Assembly (NCBI GenBank): GCA_964016885.1
Contig: OZ024741.1
Coordinates: 39,804,001 to 39,868,000 of the forward strand
Source: Eledone cirrhosa
Taxonomy: Eukaryota
DNA length: 64,000 nucleotides
Direction: 5' to 3'
The position numbers and the translations under genes are program-made. Positions 1 to 16,108 of the stretch are shown piece after piece (within the stretch, counting starts at the first letter, position 1; the number at the start of each line of letters is the position of its first letter). The notes under the pieces were generated by a model. That model worked only from the letters and a program-made list of their open reading frames with translations, ran no database searches and was not told where the DNA came from.

Positions 1-89
1 TATACATATATATATATAGTAAAACGATTTAGGACCCCGACGGCTGAGCTCCGGCCGTTTCGACAGCTAGATCCGAATATATATATATA

Positions 90-199
<110 letters not shown>

Positions 200-874
200 T
201 GTGTGCATATATATATATACAAACACACACACACGTGTATATATATTTATATTTATATATATATATGTGTGGTGTGTGTGTAAATGTATATATGCATCTA
301 TGTATATATACATATACATACATGTGTATTTTCTGTTTCTGTGAAAGCGTGTGTATGTGCATATGTTTGAATGCACGCTCGTGTGTCTGTGTGTGTGTGT
401 GTTCGTATTTCTCAAGAGAAAACCAAGGGTTTCAAGCGATACATCTTGGTATGTTGATCCGTATAGCAAACATTAAATTATTAATAGTCGTACCGGGAGC
501 TTGGGAAGTTTACATACGAAAGAAAGGTATCCCAGTTTCGTTGAAGGAGAAGAGGAGAATGAGGAAAAGAGAAGGGTGGAAGACAAGAAAAGGAAGAGGT
601 GGGTGGATAAGAAGTATAGATAAGGGGGAGACTGGAAGAGAATTGAAGTAAATGCTGCAGGAGTTCTCACCCTATCTCCCACACACACTTAATGTATATC
701 GCCACATTAATAACAATGCGTTTCTAATTGAGACACAACGCCAACAATATTGTTTGTTGGGAGTCGATTAAATCGACCCCAGTACTTCACTGTAACTTTA
801 TTTTATCGATTCAAGATAAGATGAAAGGTAATGTCAACTTCGACTGGATTTGAACTCATAACAAAGTGCCATAA

Positions 875-1665
875 CAAATACTGCCAAGTGTTTTGTCCAA
901 ATCACTATATATATACTGCCAAGAGTTTTGTCCAAATCACTATATATGCTGCCAAGTGTTTTGTCCAAATCACTATATATACTGCCAAGAGTTTTGTCCA
1001 AAGCCCTATATATACTGCCAAAAGTTTTGTCCAAAGCCCTATATATACTGCCAAGAGTTTTGTCCAAAGCCCTATATATACTGACAAGAGTTTTGTCCAA
1101 AGCCCTATATATACTGACAAGAGTTTTGACCAAAGTACTATATATACTGACTGTCAAGAGTTTTGTCCAAAGCCCTATATATACTGACAAGAGTTTTGTC
1201 CAAAGCCCTATATATACTGACAAGAGTTTTGTCCAAAGCCCTATATATACTGACAAGAGTTTTGACCAAAGTGCTATATATACTGACTGTCAAGAGTTTT
1301 GTCCAAAGCCCTATATATACTGACAAGAGTTTTGTCCAAAGCCCTATATATACTGATAATAGTTTTTCCAAAGCCCTATATATACTGACAAGAGTTTTGT
1401 CCAAAGCCCTATATATACTGACAAGAGTTTTGACCAAAGTACTATATATACTGACAAGAGTTTTGACCAAAGCAGTATATATACTGACAAGAGTTTTGAC
1501 CAAAGCCCTATATATACTGACAAGAGTTTTGTCCAAAGCACTATATATACTGACAAGAGTTTTGACCAAAGCAGAATATATACTGACAAGAGTTTTGACC
1601 AAAGCCCTATATATACTGCCAAGAGTTTTGCCCAAAGCGCTATATATACTGCCAAGAGTTTTGGC
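875..1665. repeat. 33-bp minisatellite (ACTGACAAGAGTTTTGTCCAAAGCCCTATATAT), ~23 units, inside a minus-strand SINE
   Basis: Tandem units read directly, and the ORFs over it show an 11-aa period. SINE sequence flanks both sides (ggatttgaactc at ~846; gctctaatgattctgc at ~1671). Confidence 0.9.
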
Positions 1666-2939
1666 GGAAGCTCTAATGATTCTGCTATTCCACCGTCATT
1701 ATAATAATGTTTTCCAAGTTGTGTTCAAGGCCAGCAATTTTGACGAGCAAGGAAAGTCGATTAAATCTATCCCAGTTCTTCACTGATACTTTATCGACCC
1801 CAGAAAGATAAAAAGCAATGTCGACTTGAGGTTTCATCTGAGAACGCAGAGACTGCAAGCCTTGTAGCTAAATGTAAAATCAATTGATGATAATAATGAT
1901 AATTATTAACTTGAACAACAAAAGAAAGAAGTTTATCATGGAGTGATATTAGAATGGTGTCGTGTCCGTGCCTTTCAGATTTTTTTGATTTTTTTTAAAA
2001 AGAAATTAGCAGCGTAAGTGAAGTGAATTTACATCAGCTAGGAATGGAAACTTCGCTATATATACTATACATGTTTTCACCCAATGTTTCATAAACTCTA
2101 ATCCATAGATCCTTGGTACTTTGTGTCTGTAAAGGTAGTATCTTGGTTCGCAAAGCTAGTACAGGTCCACAAAGGTAGTATTTGGCTTCGTCAAAGGTAG
2201 TAATGCTGTCCAAAAATATAATGCTGCCTCACAAACGTAGTACCTGGGATCCGTTAAGCTATTACTTAGACTCTACTAAGGTAGTACCTGAAACTTCCTG
2301 GGTTGTTGAGTAGTCAAACCTTTGAAAGCCTGGCGCTATGAGCCGCAAAATGTGCACCGGAACTCAGAAGTGTGGCAGGAAGTCTTTGGAAGTGAAACAA
2401 ATTGGAAGTGGGGGAGGAAAGGGACAAAGAATACATACTAGTAAAACTGTCAACTGTAGTTATTCGATAAGTTCTTAAATAACATTTTAAAATTACTAAA
2501 ATTTAACTTTCACTGCATATTTTAAAAATCAAATTCACAGTGTTGGTGGTGATGGTGGGGGGTGGATAAGGACCGCTGATGCGACATATTCTCTAAATAA
2601 AAGGCGCGAGTAGTCTCAAAGTGTTCTGGAAACTCTGCTATATTAAGTGGAATTCTTGGTAGAAAAAGGTTCGGAAACATTGCTCTAGGAGTTAATATTT
2701 TGCATTTTTTTATTATCTTAATGTTCGTTTTATTTTCACGAATAAATAGTCGCAACCTTATATTCACCATTGTTTCACACCCGGTTAAATAACGTTGAAA
2801 GCTATTCAATGCAGACTCATCAAAGTCTATTTCAGATAGTGTAAGCTAAGACACAAGATGTAATTCAATATATCCTTCTTTCTTATAGACGCGTGTGATA
2901 TAATTTCAGTGAGATTTGGTTGCAATGTTTAAAAGGACA

Positions 2940-3160
2940 AAGGCGATGGATTGGCTGTATCGGTAGAATGACGAACAACATGCTTTATGGCATAGTGTTA
3001 CGACCTTTTATGTTCTGAGTTTAAATCCCACCGAAATTAGATTAGCCTTTCATCCGTTCGGTGTCGACAAAATAAAGTACCAGTAACACGCTGGAGTCAA
3101 TATAATCGGCGTTGCTATCACCCAAAATTCCTGGCCTTGAGCTTAAATCAGAAACCAATA
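2940..3160 (+). mobile_element. tRNA-derived SINE (cephalopod-type family 1)
   Basis: A-box-like TGGCTGTATCGG, B-box-like GTTTAAATCCC and body gcctttcatcc..gtcgacaaaataaagtaccagt, shared with many copies in the window. Confidence 0.75.
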
Positions 3161-4194
3161 TCTAAAAGAACAAACGTTGAATTTATAATGTTGAGTAATG
3201 GTGATTGTGTCGTGTTTATGATATTTCCAAGGAAGTTATTTATGTAAGGATGCATAAGGTTGAAAATACGTGAAACAGGAATCGAACTCACACTGCTGAG
3301 ATCATACTCCTTGTTATGTAATGATTACTTTAAAATGTGTCCAGCATTATTCGTGTTGATATCAATGTGTTAACTTGAGCAAAGAATAGGAAGAATTTAA
3401 TTGTGTAATATTCATGACTTTCTTAATTTGTTAAACGCAAAGAATTGCAGTGTCATTAGAGCTTTGAATAGAATGTCTTGCGGTATTTTACAAGCTATGT
3501 ATTGAATTAAAATTTATAAACAGTTCGGTTCTCACAGGCGACACACTCCACTTTATTTCCATCTTCAAGGGGTTTATATGACAAATATTTTTGCTCTATT
3601 TTATTTATATTTATTTATATCACAAATGTGTTTTGCTCTATTTTATAGTCACATAGGCCGTGTAGCAGCATGGTTTCAAATCTGAATATTTTAATGTGTA
3701 GTTGACTCCTACACATTTTGTCAAATACCACATAGCTAATATAGTAAATAATAGTGAAAAAAGTTCAAACTAATAAAATATTAAGAACCGCCATTACAAA
3801 TGCTTCTAGGAATCAGAGAATATCAAACAATTGTTAATGACACATGTTCCAAAGATCTGTGCAATTCTAACATTTCAAAGTTTCACAAAGTTTCATAAAA
3901 GAATTGTTTCTCTATACATTTTCTGACTGAAAAATAAGGCTTTAAGTTGACGGGTAAAATGTCAGGCTCGCTTTGGTGTAATGGTATTGCGTCTGTGAGG
4001 TATAGATCAGCTGCTAGGAAAATAACTACAGGTGTCTCTATCCAGATTTTTCCTTCTGGAGGACTATACATGCCAAAATATTTCGATTAATTTATAAACA
4101 ACTCTGCGTGGCAGCAGCTTGTAATAAGCTGACATACTTTCAATATGAATATATTTATATATGTATGTATGTCTGTGTGTGTATGTGTGTGTTT

Positions 4195-4239
<45 letters not shown>

Positions 4240-4250
4240 TGCGTGTGTGG

Positions 4251-4284
<34 letters not shown>

Positions 4285-4765
4285 TCCTAGCGGATACATT
4301 ATGCAACTCAGCATAATTGCATATGCATACAAGTATTATATGCACAGATTCAAATCTTTCTCTCTTATACACACACACTCACACACACACACGCACAAAC
4401 GCACGCACGCACACACACACATACGCACACACAGACATAAACACACACACATATAAAGACACACACACACACATACATATTTGCAGTAATAAAAATAAAT
4501 TATATAATACAGCACATATTTCGTATAAATATGCTCATATAAATACATAGAGCTGCACACATAATCTTGATTACATGCTGAAACTCATGCACTTGTATAT
4601 ATATGTGTGTGTATGTATATATATATATATATATATATATACGAACATAAGCGCCTGCAATTAAAATACTAATGGCTTTCTCACACCCACACAATATACA
4701 AGTATATTTATGTATATAAACACATACATGCATGTACCCATAAAAACGACACAACATATGTGTGT

Positions 4766-4804
<39 letters not shown>

Positions 4805-5269
4805 TAATTATGTATGTATATATGCATGTATGTGTGTGTAAGTGCGTATATATATATATATATATATATACATACACATGTATATATATACGCACATACA
4901 CATACATACATGAATAATTACATACATACATACATACATACTTACATATATAGACATGACCGAACACGTTAACACAAAACCACGCAAGTACACAAACATA
5001 CGCGTAAACACACACACACTTAAACACACACACACACACAAACACACATACACACACACACAGGTTTAAACATAAACGTCTAAACTGTGATGTATGGGTC
5101 GGACTAAATTTTGATTCAAATATGTTGGTTTTAATTAAATTTTAATTATAATTATATAATTTTGTATATTAGTTTCTCTAAAGTTGAGAAAGCCTGATGG
5201 CATGGATAAGATCTTTTAGAAAAAGAAGCAGTTTTTTTATAACTGATACACAGACGTCATTCTGTGCCT

Positions 5270-5317
<48 letters not shown>

Positions 5318-5372
5318 TATATATGTGTATGGGTACATACATACGTACATTCGTACACACACATACGTACTC

Positions 5373-5404
<32 letters not shown>

Positions 5405-5420
5405 ATAAGTATATATATAC

Positions 5421-5515
<95 letters not shown>

Positions 5516-5518
5516 TAA

Positions 5519-5684
5519 AAGAGTCAGGACCATACGGCTGAGCTCAGGTGGTTTCGACAGCTAGATCTAGCTGTCGAAACGGCCGGAGCTCAGTCGTCAG
5601 AATCCTGACCCTTTTCCTATTACCCATTCTATTACCCTAAGTATTGAGTACTCTGGTGCCTTATTGTCCACACGCTCTTTGTTA
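5519..5684 (+). mobile_element. (TA)n-inserted fold-back element, 'GACGGC' family: 3' half of a hammerhead plus bulged hairpin
   Basis: Inverted arms centred on cgacagctagatctagctgtcg, then GAAA-cggc..gtcg-TC and attctattaccctaagtattgagt. Related copies at ~31, 30868, 35290, 38623, 43717, 48948 and 56594. Confidence 0.75.
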
Positions 5685-6779
5685 TATATATATATATATA
5701 TATATGCCATTCATGTTGTGTGGCTTACCAATGTTTCGCCGGTAAAATAACGCCGTACTGGCGAGCTCTCTCTGAACTAGGTCTATACTCTATTCACTGA
5801 TCTCTATTTGTGTTTGCCATAATCCTGTTATCGATTACCTAATATTTGCATTTCACACCTGATGACTTCACCTAAGTCTTATGTGATTAATGTTGTAACT
5901 AGAACATAGATGTACGTATTGTTGTTTTGCAACATTAAAAAATCATTTTGAGTCCGGACGTCTGGTGTTATATATTTATTAAATGCTTGACTTATTTATG
6001 CCTTACCAGAGGTTTCAAGACCTAAGTACGACCTTGTCAAATACCGAGAAATTATAATTATTTCCTTATGATAAGACATATATTTTTTGTTCTGGAAAAT
6101 CTGGCTTGCCCAACATAGGGGTGATGCGTGATTCTTCCCTGGCGGCGCTTCTATCAACTTTCGCATCCTAGGCTAATTGTTCCTTTCTATCCTCTGCATA
6201 CCCACACATACCTCACACATATATATATGTGTGTGTGTATGTGCAGGAGAGAGAGAGAGAGAGATTATGTGTGGTTGTGTGTGTATGTGAGTGAGAGAGA
6301 GATAAAGCAGATATTATGTGTGTTTGGGTGTGGGTGTGTGTGGAAAAATTAAATGATAGAGTAAAAAAGGCAAAATTAAACATGAAAAAATTGGACAAAA
6401 CGCCTACAAGATTTGGACCAAACAACGGCGGAGAAAGCAACTCACAGTGACCTGAAATATGCAGTTGTCTCATTTACAAGAGATGATTAAGTCTCTACCC
6501 GTTACCGATTCTGTCCTTTTTAAAAATCTAATTTCGCGTTTGTAAATGCATTATTTTAATTTATCATAAATATATAAACATCATATTTTGACTATTTATA
6601 TTTTATTACACACACACACATAAACACACACATTCTCGAGCACGTACACACACACACACACACACACATAGCTAAACCAGTAGATATATACACATGGGTC
6701 TTTGAGGTATGTCTTTGGAAGTGCGTGTGACTTGCACAATCACACACACAGGTGAATATATATATATATATATATATAG

Positions 6780-6866
<87 letters not shown>

Positions 6867-7561
6867 TGTATATATATATATGTATGTGTGTATGTATGTA
6901 TGTATGTATGTATGTATTTATGTATGTATATATGTATGTATCTATGGCCATACTCGATTACGAGGGGGCAGCCATCATGTATGTATATATACCTGTACAT
7001 ATATATATACAAATATATATACATGAGTCTTTGAGCTACATGTTTGTGAGTGTGCCTTAAAAGTGTGGTGTTTATTATGTGTTTACGCGCACGACTGCAT
7101 ATATTCGGCAAAAAATAATTCACGCGTTACGTATAAATTAAAAAAAAGAACCTGAGCAAAATGCTTCATCTTTTATAGGAAGACATATTCTGGACTGTTA
7201 TTGCTTCTAAGTAAAAGATGAATTAGAAACAAAATGGAAAACATAGGGTAGAAAACAATAAGAAAAATCTAAAAATCTGAGAGTGAAGAAAATTTTATTT
7301 GACGCCCTTTAGTTAGACACCTTGTCTAACAATAATGGGTTTATATCTCAATCCTAGGAGATAAAAACGAAATGAACTCTGAAATTAAAATGGCTTCCAC
7401 AATTCTACATAGATTTTGTTACTGTTTATGTTTTATGTTTAAGACAAAATGTCTGCTCACATTATTGTGTTACATTAATTCTTTCAGTCCACAGAACACA
7501 GAACACAACACACAGTATACGTTTGGAATACATACATACTTACATACATATATACACACAC

Positions 7562-7615
<54 letters not shown>

Positions 7616-7690
7616 ACCCTCCATTCTCAAGCGTGAACCTAATACCAACACTTTTAGTACTGCAGTCTTTGTGATTGTTTTTGTTCTTTA

Positions 7691-7835
<145 letters not shown>

Positions 7836-7929
7836 ATACATATACATACACACATATATATATAATATGTCTGTGTATGTGTATGTGTACATCATAAATT
7901 TACTTAAGTATATGAATACGCATGTGTGA

Positions 7930-8586
<657 letters not shown>

Positions 8587-8662
8587 TGAGGCGACGGACG
8601 AGTTGGAAGTGAAAAGAATGTCTTTAGATAAAAATAACAGGTCCATATATATACATATATAC

Positions 8663-8702
<40 letters not shown>

Positions 8703-8790
8703 ACATATATGGACCTGTTATTTTTATCTAAAGACATTCTTTCCAATTCCAACTCGTCCGTCGCCTCAATCTATCTTATTTCTCATTCTT

Positions 8791-8826
8791 TCTTCTGATG
8801 AAGGACTAGCGTCCGAAACGTTAAGA
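8791..8826 (+). ncRNA. Minimal type I hammerhead ribozyme motif
   Basis: tctt-CTGATGA-a-ggac(tagc)gtcc-GAAA-cg-TT-aaga: stem I tctt/aaga, stem II ggac/gtcc, palindromic stem III AACGTT. Confidence 0.8.
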
Positions 8827-8906
8827 CCCTCTTCCTGCTATATCAAGCGTTAACCTAATATATGCCTTCCATAGTGTACCGATTGTGTTGTTATTTCTGT
8901 TCACTT

Positions 8907-8938
<32 letters not shown>

Positions 8939-8968
8939 CATACATACATACATACATACATACATACA

Positions 8969-9039
<71 letters not shown>

Positions 9040-9489
9040 TTGGTATTGTATGGCTGGATTTTGCCTGCCGCAATTTTCAATTTTTCAAGCTATCTAAACG
9101 TATGTTACTCTAAGGGCCTACCTTATTGAGTGCTTTGCTACTCATTCCTAATTGTAGGTCGATTTTGCTTGGCGAAAGACAAAGCCAAAGCTTCGATTTT
9201 ACTAAGCTTCCATTTGTATATATATATATATATATTTGTTGAAAAAAGAAGTAAGTGACATAGTCACTATTTTAAAACAATAGCGTAAGGTCTTCAAAAT
9301 GCTTAAAATTAAGCATACAGTGTATTGCAAAATACACTGTATATACATTCATATATATATATATCGCTATTTCAGAGCAACAATTCTAATTTTCAATTTT
9401 TGCTGGACCGGCAACCGCTCTGTATAATCAGTTCCTGATTATTACTGGAGATCTATAAGAATCCAACATTCATAATTCAAGGGGAATGC

Positions 9490-9537
9490 TAAGCTCTGAG
9501 GAATACCAACAGTATGAAACAGAGATCTGTCAGCTTA
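9490..9537 (+). ncRNA. Type I hammerhead ribozyme motif with GUC cleavage site
   Basis: taagct-CTGAGGA-atac(caaca)gtat-GAAA-caga(ga)tctg-TC-agctta. All three stems pair and the core is intact. Confidence 0.9.
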
Positions 9538-9656
9538 TCTCCCTTTGTTTGTTGAAAAAAGAAGTAAGTGACATAGTCACTACTTTAAAACAATAGCGTA
9601 TGGTCTTCAAAATGCTTGTAATTAAGCATATAGTGTATTGTAAATAAATACATACT

Positions 9657-9697
<41 letters not shown>

Positions 9698-9700
9698 TTG

Positions 9701-9796
<96 letters not shown>

Positions 9797-10116
9797 GGGG
9801 AGAGAGAGAGAGATTGTCAAAACAATGCATACGATTTTAATAATAGTTGCATAAGTCGAATGAATTACCCCTGGAGAGGTAAAACGTGCACAGAGGTTCC
9901 TGCCTTCAACGTTATGCCACCATCACATCATGGACACATAACTTACATATGTACTTTTATATAAGAATCTTCAACATATATATTTATAAACAAAGTCATC
10001 ACGTAACACGCGTGTGAACTGTATGTAATTATAAGTATATTAACAGATCACGGTTTGATTTAATGTGCAAATGGAAATCTTGAACAAATTTCACACGTAA
10101 AAGTGTGACCAGAGAT

Positions 10117-10182
10117 AATCCTATCGTAAGATTCGGTGTTAAGCCGAAATAGTCTCGTATTCTCTAATACTCATCAGGGATT
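10117..10182 (-). ncRNA. Degenerate type I hammerhead motif
   Basis: Reverse complement: aatcc-CTGATGA-gtatt(agag)aatac-GAGA-...ttcgg(cttaaca)ccgaa...-TA-ggatt. GAAA has become GAGA. Confidence 0.65.
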
Positions 10183-10186
10183 GCTG

Positions 10187-10224
<38 letters not shown>

Positions 10225-10260
10225 GATGATATAAAGTATATATCTTTCGTTTACTACTAT

Positions 10261-10317
<57 letters not shown>

Positions 10318-10358
10318 GTAGTAAACGAAAGAGATATACTTTATATCATCTCTATTTA

Positions 10359-10432
10359 TTTCATTATATATATTTCGAAGATGTAAAGTTTTATGTATAA
10401 CATAGAGCAAAACATGTCCTCCTCAGACAAAA
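10359..10432 (-). ncRNA. Type I hammerhead motif
   Basis: Reverse complement: ttttgt-CTGAGGA-ggacatgt...acatcttc-GAAA-tatata-TA-atgaaa. Related to the motifs at 36813 and 39143. Confidence 0.7.
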
Positions 10433-11042
10433 TATGTAGAAAATGTGTAATTTTATCCTGATATGCAGGTAGACAAACAAATTGGACAGATCGGTGACCA
10501 CCAGGCATATATAGAAATAGAGATGATATAACGTTTAGAGATATAAATAGAGATATATTACGTTTATTACTATTATTATTAGAAAAACATTCCGGATAAT
10601 TTTATACAGTTGAGTGCTTCGTATCTGTTATATATAAGAACGAGTTGATCACACATCAACTAACTCTTTTTTCATTGATTATATATATATGTACATGGAA
10701 ATTAGAATTATAAGCTTTCACCGTATATTGACTAAAGAAAATAGTCTAATATTAGGGTATAAATAACGGAACATCGTTGGCATTAGCATGCTAATTTTCT
10801 TAAGCATAAAAGATTCTTATTCCATATACAAAGTTTACAATCGCCAACGTGAATCTTTGAAAATTTCGCATAGCTCAACTCGGTTAGTACATAAACAAAT
10901 TAAATACCCATCGTTCTTTATGAAACTATTTGAATTTTAAAAAACAGTATATTTTGTATGGAAGTTTCGTTGAGTATCGTATAGACGCATGTATACATAG
11001 ATTCGTACAAAATTTTTTTATTTTGTAACCTTTTCATTATTT

Positions 11043-11103
<61 letters not shown>

Positions 11104-11303
11104 TTATGAAATTAGGTAGCCACGTACATCCTCTATATGAAGATATGGATGAGTTCAATGCATTATAATTATCTGCGTTAATTATGGAATAATTTTACAT
11201 ATATATGGATTCATGAAACAATTGTCGAAATATATTTTCTGGATTAATTCATATTTTGGTTAACTCTCTAACGTTTATATATATATATAGAGAGAGAGAT
11301 AGA

Positions 11304-12015
11304 GAATAGAATGAAACGAAATTTCATTTCTCACTCTTAGTACGGCACTTACTTAAATGCAAGTATGCATGTATGTATACGTACATACATATATGTATAC
11401 AGACGTACAGTAGTATGTATATATATACATACATGCACACATATATATATGCACGTATCGGTTTACCGAACATTTATTATAATGCTCGGTTTGTTTGTAA
11501 ACAAACAAACAGCTCGAATTACGCCGTACAGCGTTTAGGCAACCATCGTGACCTTTTTGTTCAACACTGACACAGGAACGATGTACTAGTTTCAAGCTTA
11601 TTAGCTATCGTCAGCATCGTATACCTTCCTGCCAGATGGTTGAACGTCTGAAAGTATATACTTTCCTTATGCATATTAACGGCTGAGCAGACTAATTTGC
11701 ATATCGAGTGAGTTCAGTCGGCCGGGCACACCGAAACGATAAATGGAATAGAATGAAACGAAATTTCATTTCTCACTCTTAGTACGGCCCTTACTTAAAT
11801 TCAAGTATTCATGTATGTATACGTACATACATATATGTATACAGACGTACAGTAGTATGTATATATATACATACATGCACACATACATATATGCACGTAT
11901 CGGTTTACCGAACATTTATTATAATGCTCGGTTTGTTTGTTTGTAAACAAACAAACAAACCGAGCATTATACGTCTGTATACATATATGTATGTACGTAT
12001 ACATACATGCATACT
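11304..12015 (+). repeat. Partial tandem plus inverted duplication of a dispersed ~200-bp element
   Basis: 11304-11500 is repeated at 11746-11940 and partly inverted at ~11944-12015. The same family is at 34871-34918 and, on the minus strand, ~36409-36617. Confidence 0.75.
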
Positions 12016-12094
12016 TATATATATATATATATGTGTGAAATTAATAAACATTCGTTGTACTGCCTCTCTGTTTTGTTCCTGTTCAAATTTTTCC

Positions 12095-12141
<47 letters not shown>

Positions 12142-12485
12142 TGTATACAATATATTGAAAAGGTAACACACTAGAAAGAGACATACAGTGCGCTATCAAT
12201 AAAACAGGGGAAAAAAACATTATGCGGGTGTGTGTATGTGTTTGCGCGTGTTTTATGTATATATATGTTACCCACATCGTTACTATTAATACCACCGTCA
12301 GCATTATCGTCACCACAATCACCATTTCCACCGCTACCGAGATTAGTATTATTTTCCTTTTCATCCTTACGGGGTCGATAAAATGCAGTACCAGTAATGC
12401 ACTGGAATCAGTTTAATCGACTTTCCCCTCCTCTTCAAATTGCTGACCTTTTGCCTAAATTAGAAACAATTACCATATATTATAT

Positions 12486-13165
12486 ACTAGCATTAAAGCC
12501 CGGCGTTGCTCGAGGTCAGTAAGTTACCAAAGTTAGGTTGCACCACCCATTTTATGGCAGCACTTTTTTGTCTGGCAGGCACTGGGTGAATGAATTGCAG
12601 ACCTGAACTGCCGAAGCAGGAGCTGCGCCAGCAGTGACTATTGTAGTTTCGCCTATGGATATTATCTCTGTGCAAAGAAGTGTTGAAATTTATTGTTTCA
12701 CAGTACATGCGCAACACGCGCGTAGACGATGCCAGCTGAACAGAGCTGCGATGGAGTTGTTCTGCATGGTTGTCTAATGTGTGTTTTCTAAATTTAAGAC
12801 CGTTCCACACTCAAAAACAAACGTTCTCTCTCTCTCTCCCTCTCACTCTCTTCTCTCTCTCTTTGGCGTTCCTAAAGGAAGTTTGTAAGCATGTATGTAG
12901 TTTTATCGAATTTTAAGGAGAGTAGAATTAGAGTAAATCAGATTGTATTAGAGGGGGTAAAGCGTCATGTATTTAGTTTTATCGATTATTTCCGTAATTG
13001 TGGGTGAGTTTGAATGAAATAAATAGTTGTTGACATAAGTTAGACCATTTACAACATTCTTACAGACTTTGAGTCGAATCGGTTTGAAATTGTGCAAATG
13101 TATAAACATGGAACATGCACACACACAACAACAACAACAATCTGCCTTTTATAGATAATGATGAT
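12486..13165 (+). mobile_element. Putative non-autonomous Helitron/Helentron-associated (HINE-like) element
   Basis: Starts TACTAGcattaaagCCCGGCGTTGCTCGAGG and ends with an internal (CA)/(CAA) tract then ctgccttttatagata. This end arrangement is typical of such elements. Confidence 0.5.
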
Positions 13166-13629
13166 TATAGACTACATTTATTTGAATTATTTGTTCATGT
13201 TTTCTTTTTATTTTTCCTATATTTTATTCCAATTTATATTTTTTTTATAATTTTTCTTCTTTCCTAAAATTTACTTTATTTGTGTTTATATACTCTTTTA
13301 AAATCCAAAATCCCGACCATTTTCTATATTTTCTACTGAAAGATGTTTCTAACATCTGCAAATCTTTCTTCAATCCCAACCTAATATTTGTAGACGTTCC
13401 TTATATTATGATGGATTGTTTATACATGTGTTCCTTCAATATATATACTATTATACTTATCATGGCGGATTGGCGAAACCATTAGAGCTTCAAACAAAAT
13501 ACTTTGTAACATTTACTAACTAAGTTAAAATCCCGCACAGCTCAGCTTTGCATTCATTGTTCAGGGTTCGGTAAAATAAAGTGCCAGTAAAACTTTGGTG
13601 TCAATGTAATTAATCTACCATCACCCCCC

Positions 13630-13700
<71 letters not shown>

Positions 13701-14414
13701 TTACTGGGTTTGTGCTAATGTTAGAATAATTAATATAGTCGTCAGTGCTATTCATATTATTGTTGTTGTTGTTGTCACTGGTTCTTCTCGTTGTTGTTTT
13801 TGTGGTTGTTAATGATTAGTTTATATATTCACTCTTACTGGTTTCAGTTACTAGATTCTAGTACATACTTTTCGCAGTTGGTACTTATTTTATCGATCAC
13901 TCTTTTGTTGTACCTCTAGGCTACAGGATACAAATACAGACATAGACATGAACACAAAGACACATGCATACGAACACGTATATATTAAGAAACATATATT
14001 GATAGGTAGAATAAATAACTATGGAGATAGTCGGCAGATTTCCTGAGAATTTATGTGTACATGGTTTAGTGTGGGTATGTGTACATACGACGGGCATTTG
14101 CAGTTTACATTACCAAATTACACTCAATAACCATCTAAAAAGCCAACCAACTATCCAAACACCCAACCAAGCCAGCCAGCCTGTCATGCAACCATTTGTT
14201 CACCCAGCCATCTAACAATCGAACCATCTACGAAACGATCCAACTATTCAGTCATACATCCATCTAACGATCTCTCCATTATGTCAAGTAACCATCATAC
14301 CGTACAAATAATCAACTAGCAATCATCTAACTTTCTAAACATCCGACCATCCAACCATCACACAATCTTTTCATTAAGATATCCACTCATCCAACCACCA
14401 CCACCATCACCATC

Positions 14415-14605
14415 ATCATCATCATTTTACGTCCGCTTTTCCCTGCTTGCAAGGGTGGGACGGGTCCTATTCTGCACAGCATCTCTCCTTTCGTCATGGT
14501 CCTTCGTCATCTCCTCCGTGAGCGTCAGCGATCTGGGGTCAGCTCTCACCACCTCCTCCCATGGTTTTCGTGGTCTTCCTCTACTGCGTCTTCCTTCCAC
14601 TGGGA
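14415..14605 (-). mobile_element. 3' end fragment of an RTE-like LINE with a (GAT)n tail
   Basis: The minus strand reads VEGRRSRGRPRKPWEEVVRAD..., an RTE C-terminal motif, followed by ggacgtaaaatgatgatg. Confidence 0.65.
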
Positions 14606-14878
14606 TTTATTGGCAATTCTTTACTAGCCAACCAACCAATTGTCCAACCATCCAAACTACTAACCATCGAACCAGCCAGACTATATAATACAGCTATATA
14701 ATATAGGTGATTCTAGTCGGCTATTCCACTATTATTTTTTAAAACTAAAATCCTCAGCTCATAAAGGGTTTAAAACAGGTGAATAAGTCCTCAAAATTTA
14801 AAATTCTTGTTCTCGAGGGTAGTAGGAGCAGAGCATTTATATTGAAAATGACAAAAGACCAAGGTTTACAACTTAAAT

Positions 14879-14937
<59 letters not shown>

Positions 14938-15014
14938 AACTCATAATATTATAATATTATAAAATTAAATCAAATTGTTTAGAACTACAAGTGAAGTCAT
15001 TATTTTCCTTTTTT

Positions 15015-15058
<44 letters not shown>

Positions 15059-15144
15059 TGTATGTATATATATACATATGCATATAGATATAGATATTTT
15101 TACACACATACACACATATACATATATATATATATACTGTAAAT

Positions 15145-15177
<33 letters not shown>

Positions 15178-15180
15178 CTG

Positions 15181-15358
<178 letters not shown>

Positions 15359-15990
15359 AGCGCTTGCCACCATTTCTACGATTTTGTGTTTCGTTTCGCT
15401 TTTTCTACCAGCCGAAATACGATTCTCGCTGAATTATATTTATATATATATATAAATATATATATTTATATATATATATATGTATATATTTGTGTGTGTG
15501 TATACGTATGTATATGCACAGAAACTTACGTATAAACTGACGTACATGTACAAATTTGCACAAACGCACAGAATGATGCTGTTACTGTTTAAGTTGGTTT
15601 TATTTTTATTTGTTGTTGTTGTAATGGAGGAGATAGTGGTGGTGGTGGTGGTGGTGGTGGTGGTGGTGGTGGTGGATAGTAGTTGTAGTGTTCCGGTTTA
15701 TGTTTATGTTCTATGTTAATCCGATCATTTTCGCCAAAGCAACATCGATGATTGATCGAAATTTTGGACATGTCACACTCAGGTGGGACCAGACGTTCCT
15801 GTCGTTCTTTTCCTCGTAACTACCCCTCTCCTTTACTCTCTCCTCTCTCTCTCTCCCTCGCATACATTTCTCTATATTTCTTCCCTACGTTTTTATTGTG
15901 TCTGTCTTTCTCTCCTATGTTTTCATACATTTTCTCTCTTTTTCTAACAAACTCTACCCCTCTCTCCTCTCCTTTGTCCATCTCAAATAC

Positions 15991-16108
<118 letters not shown>

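Noticed and set aside
831-1786. Repeat-protein ORFs over the 33-bp array
   Set aside because: They are open in several frames on both strands only because the unit length is a multiple of three; the array is SINE-derived.
5995-6050. Possible minus-strand hammerhead (TTGACAA..GAAA-cc..gg-TA)
   Set aside because: The core and stem I are too decayed to call. The same applies to candidates at ~5720-5765, 11575-11670, 22895-22960 and 52455-52525.
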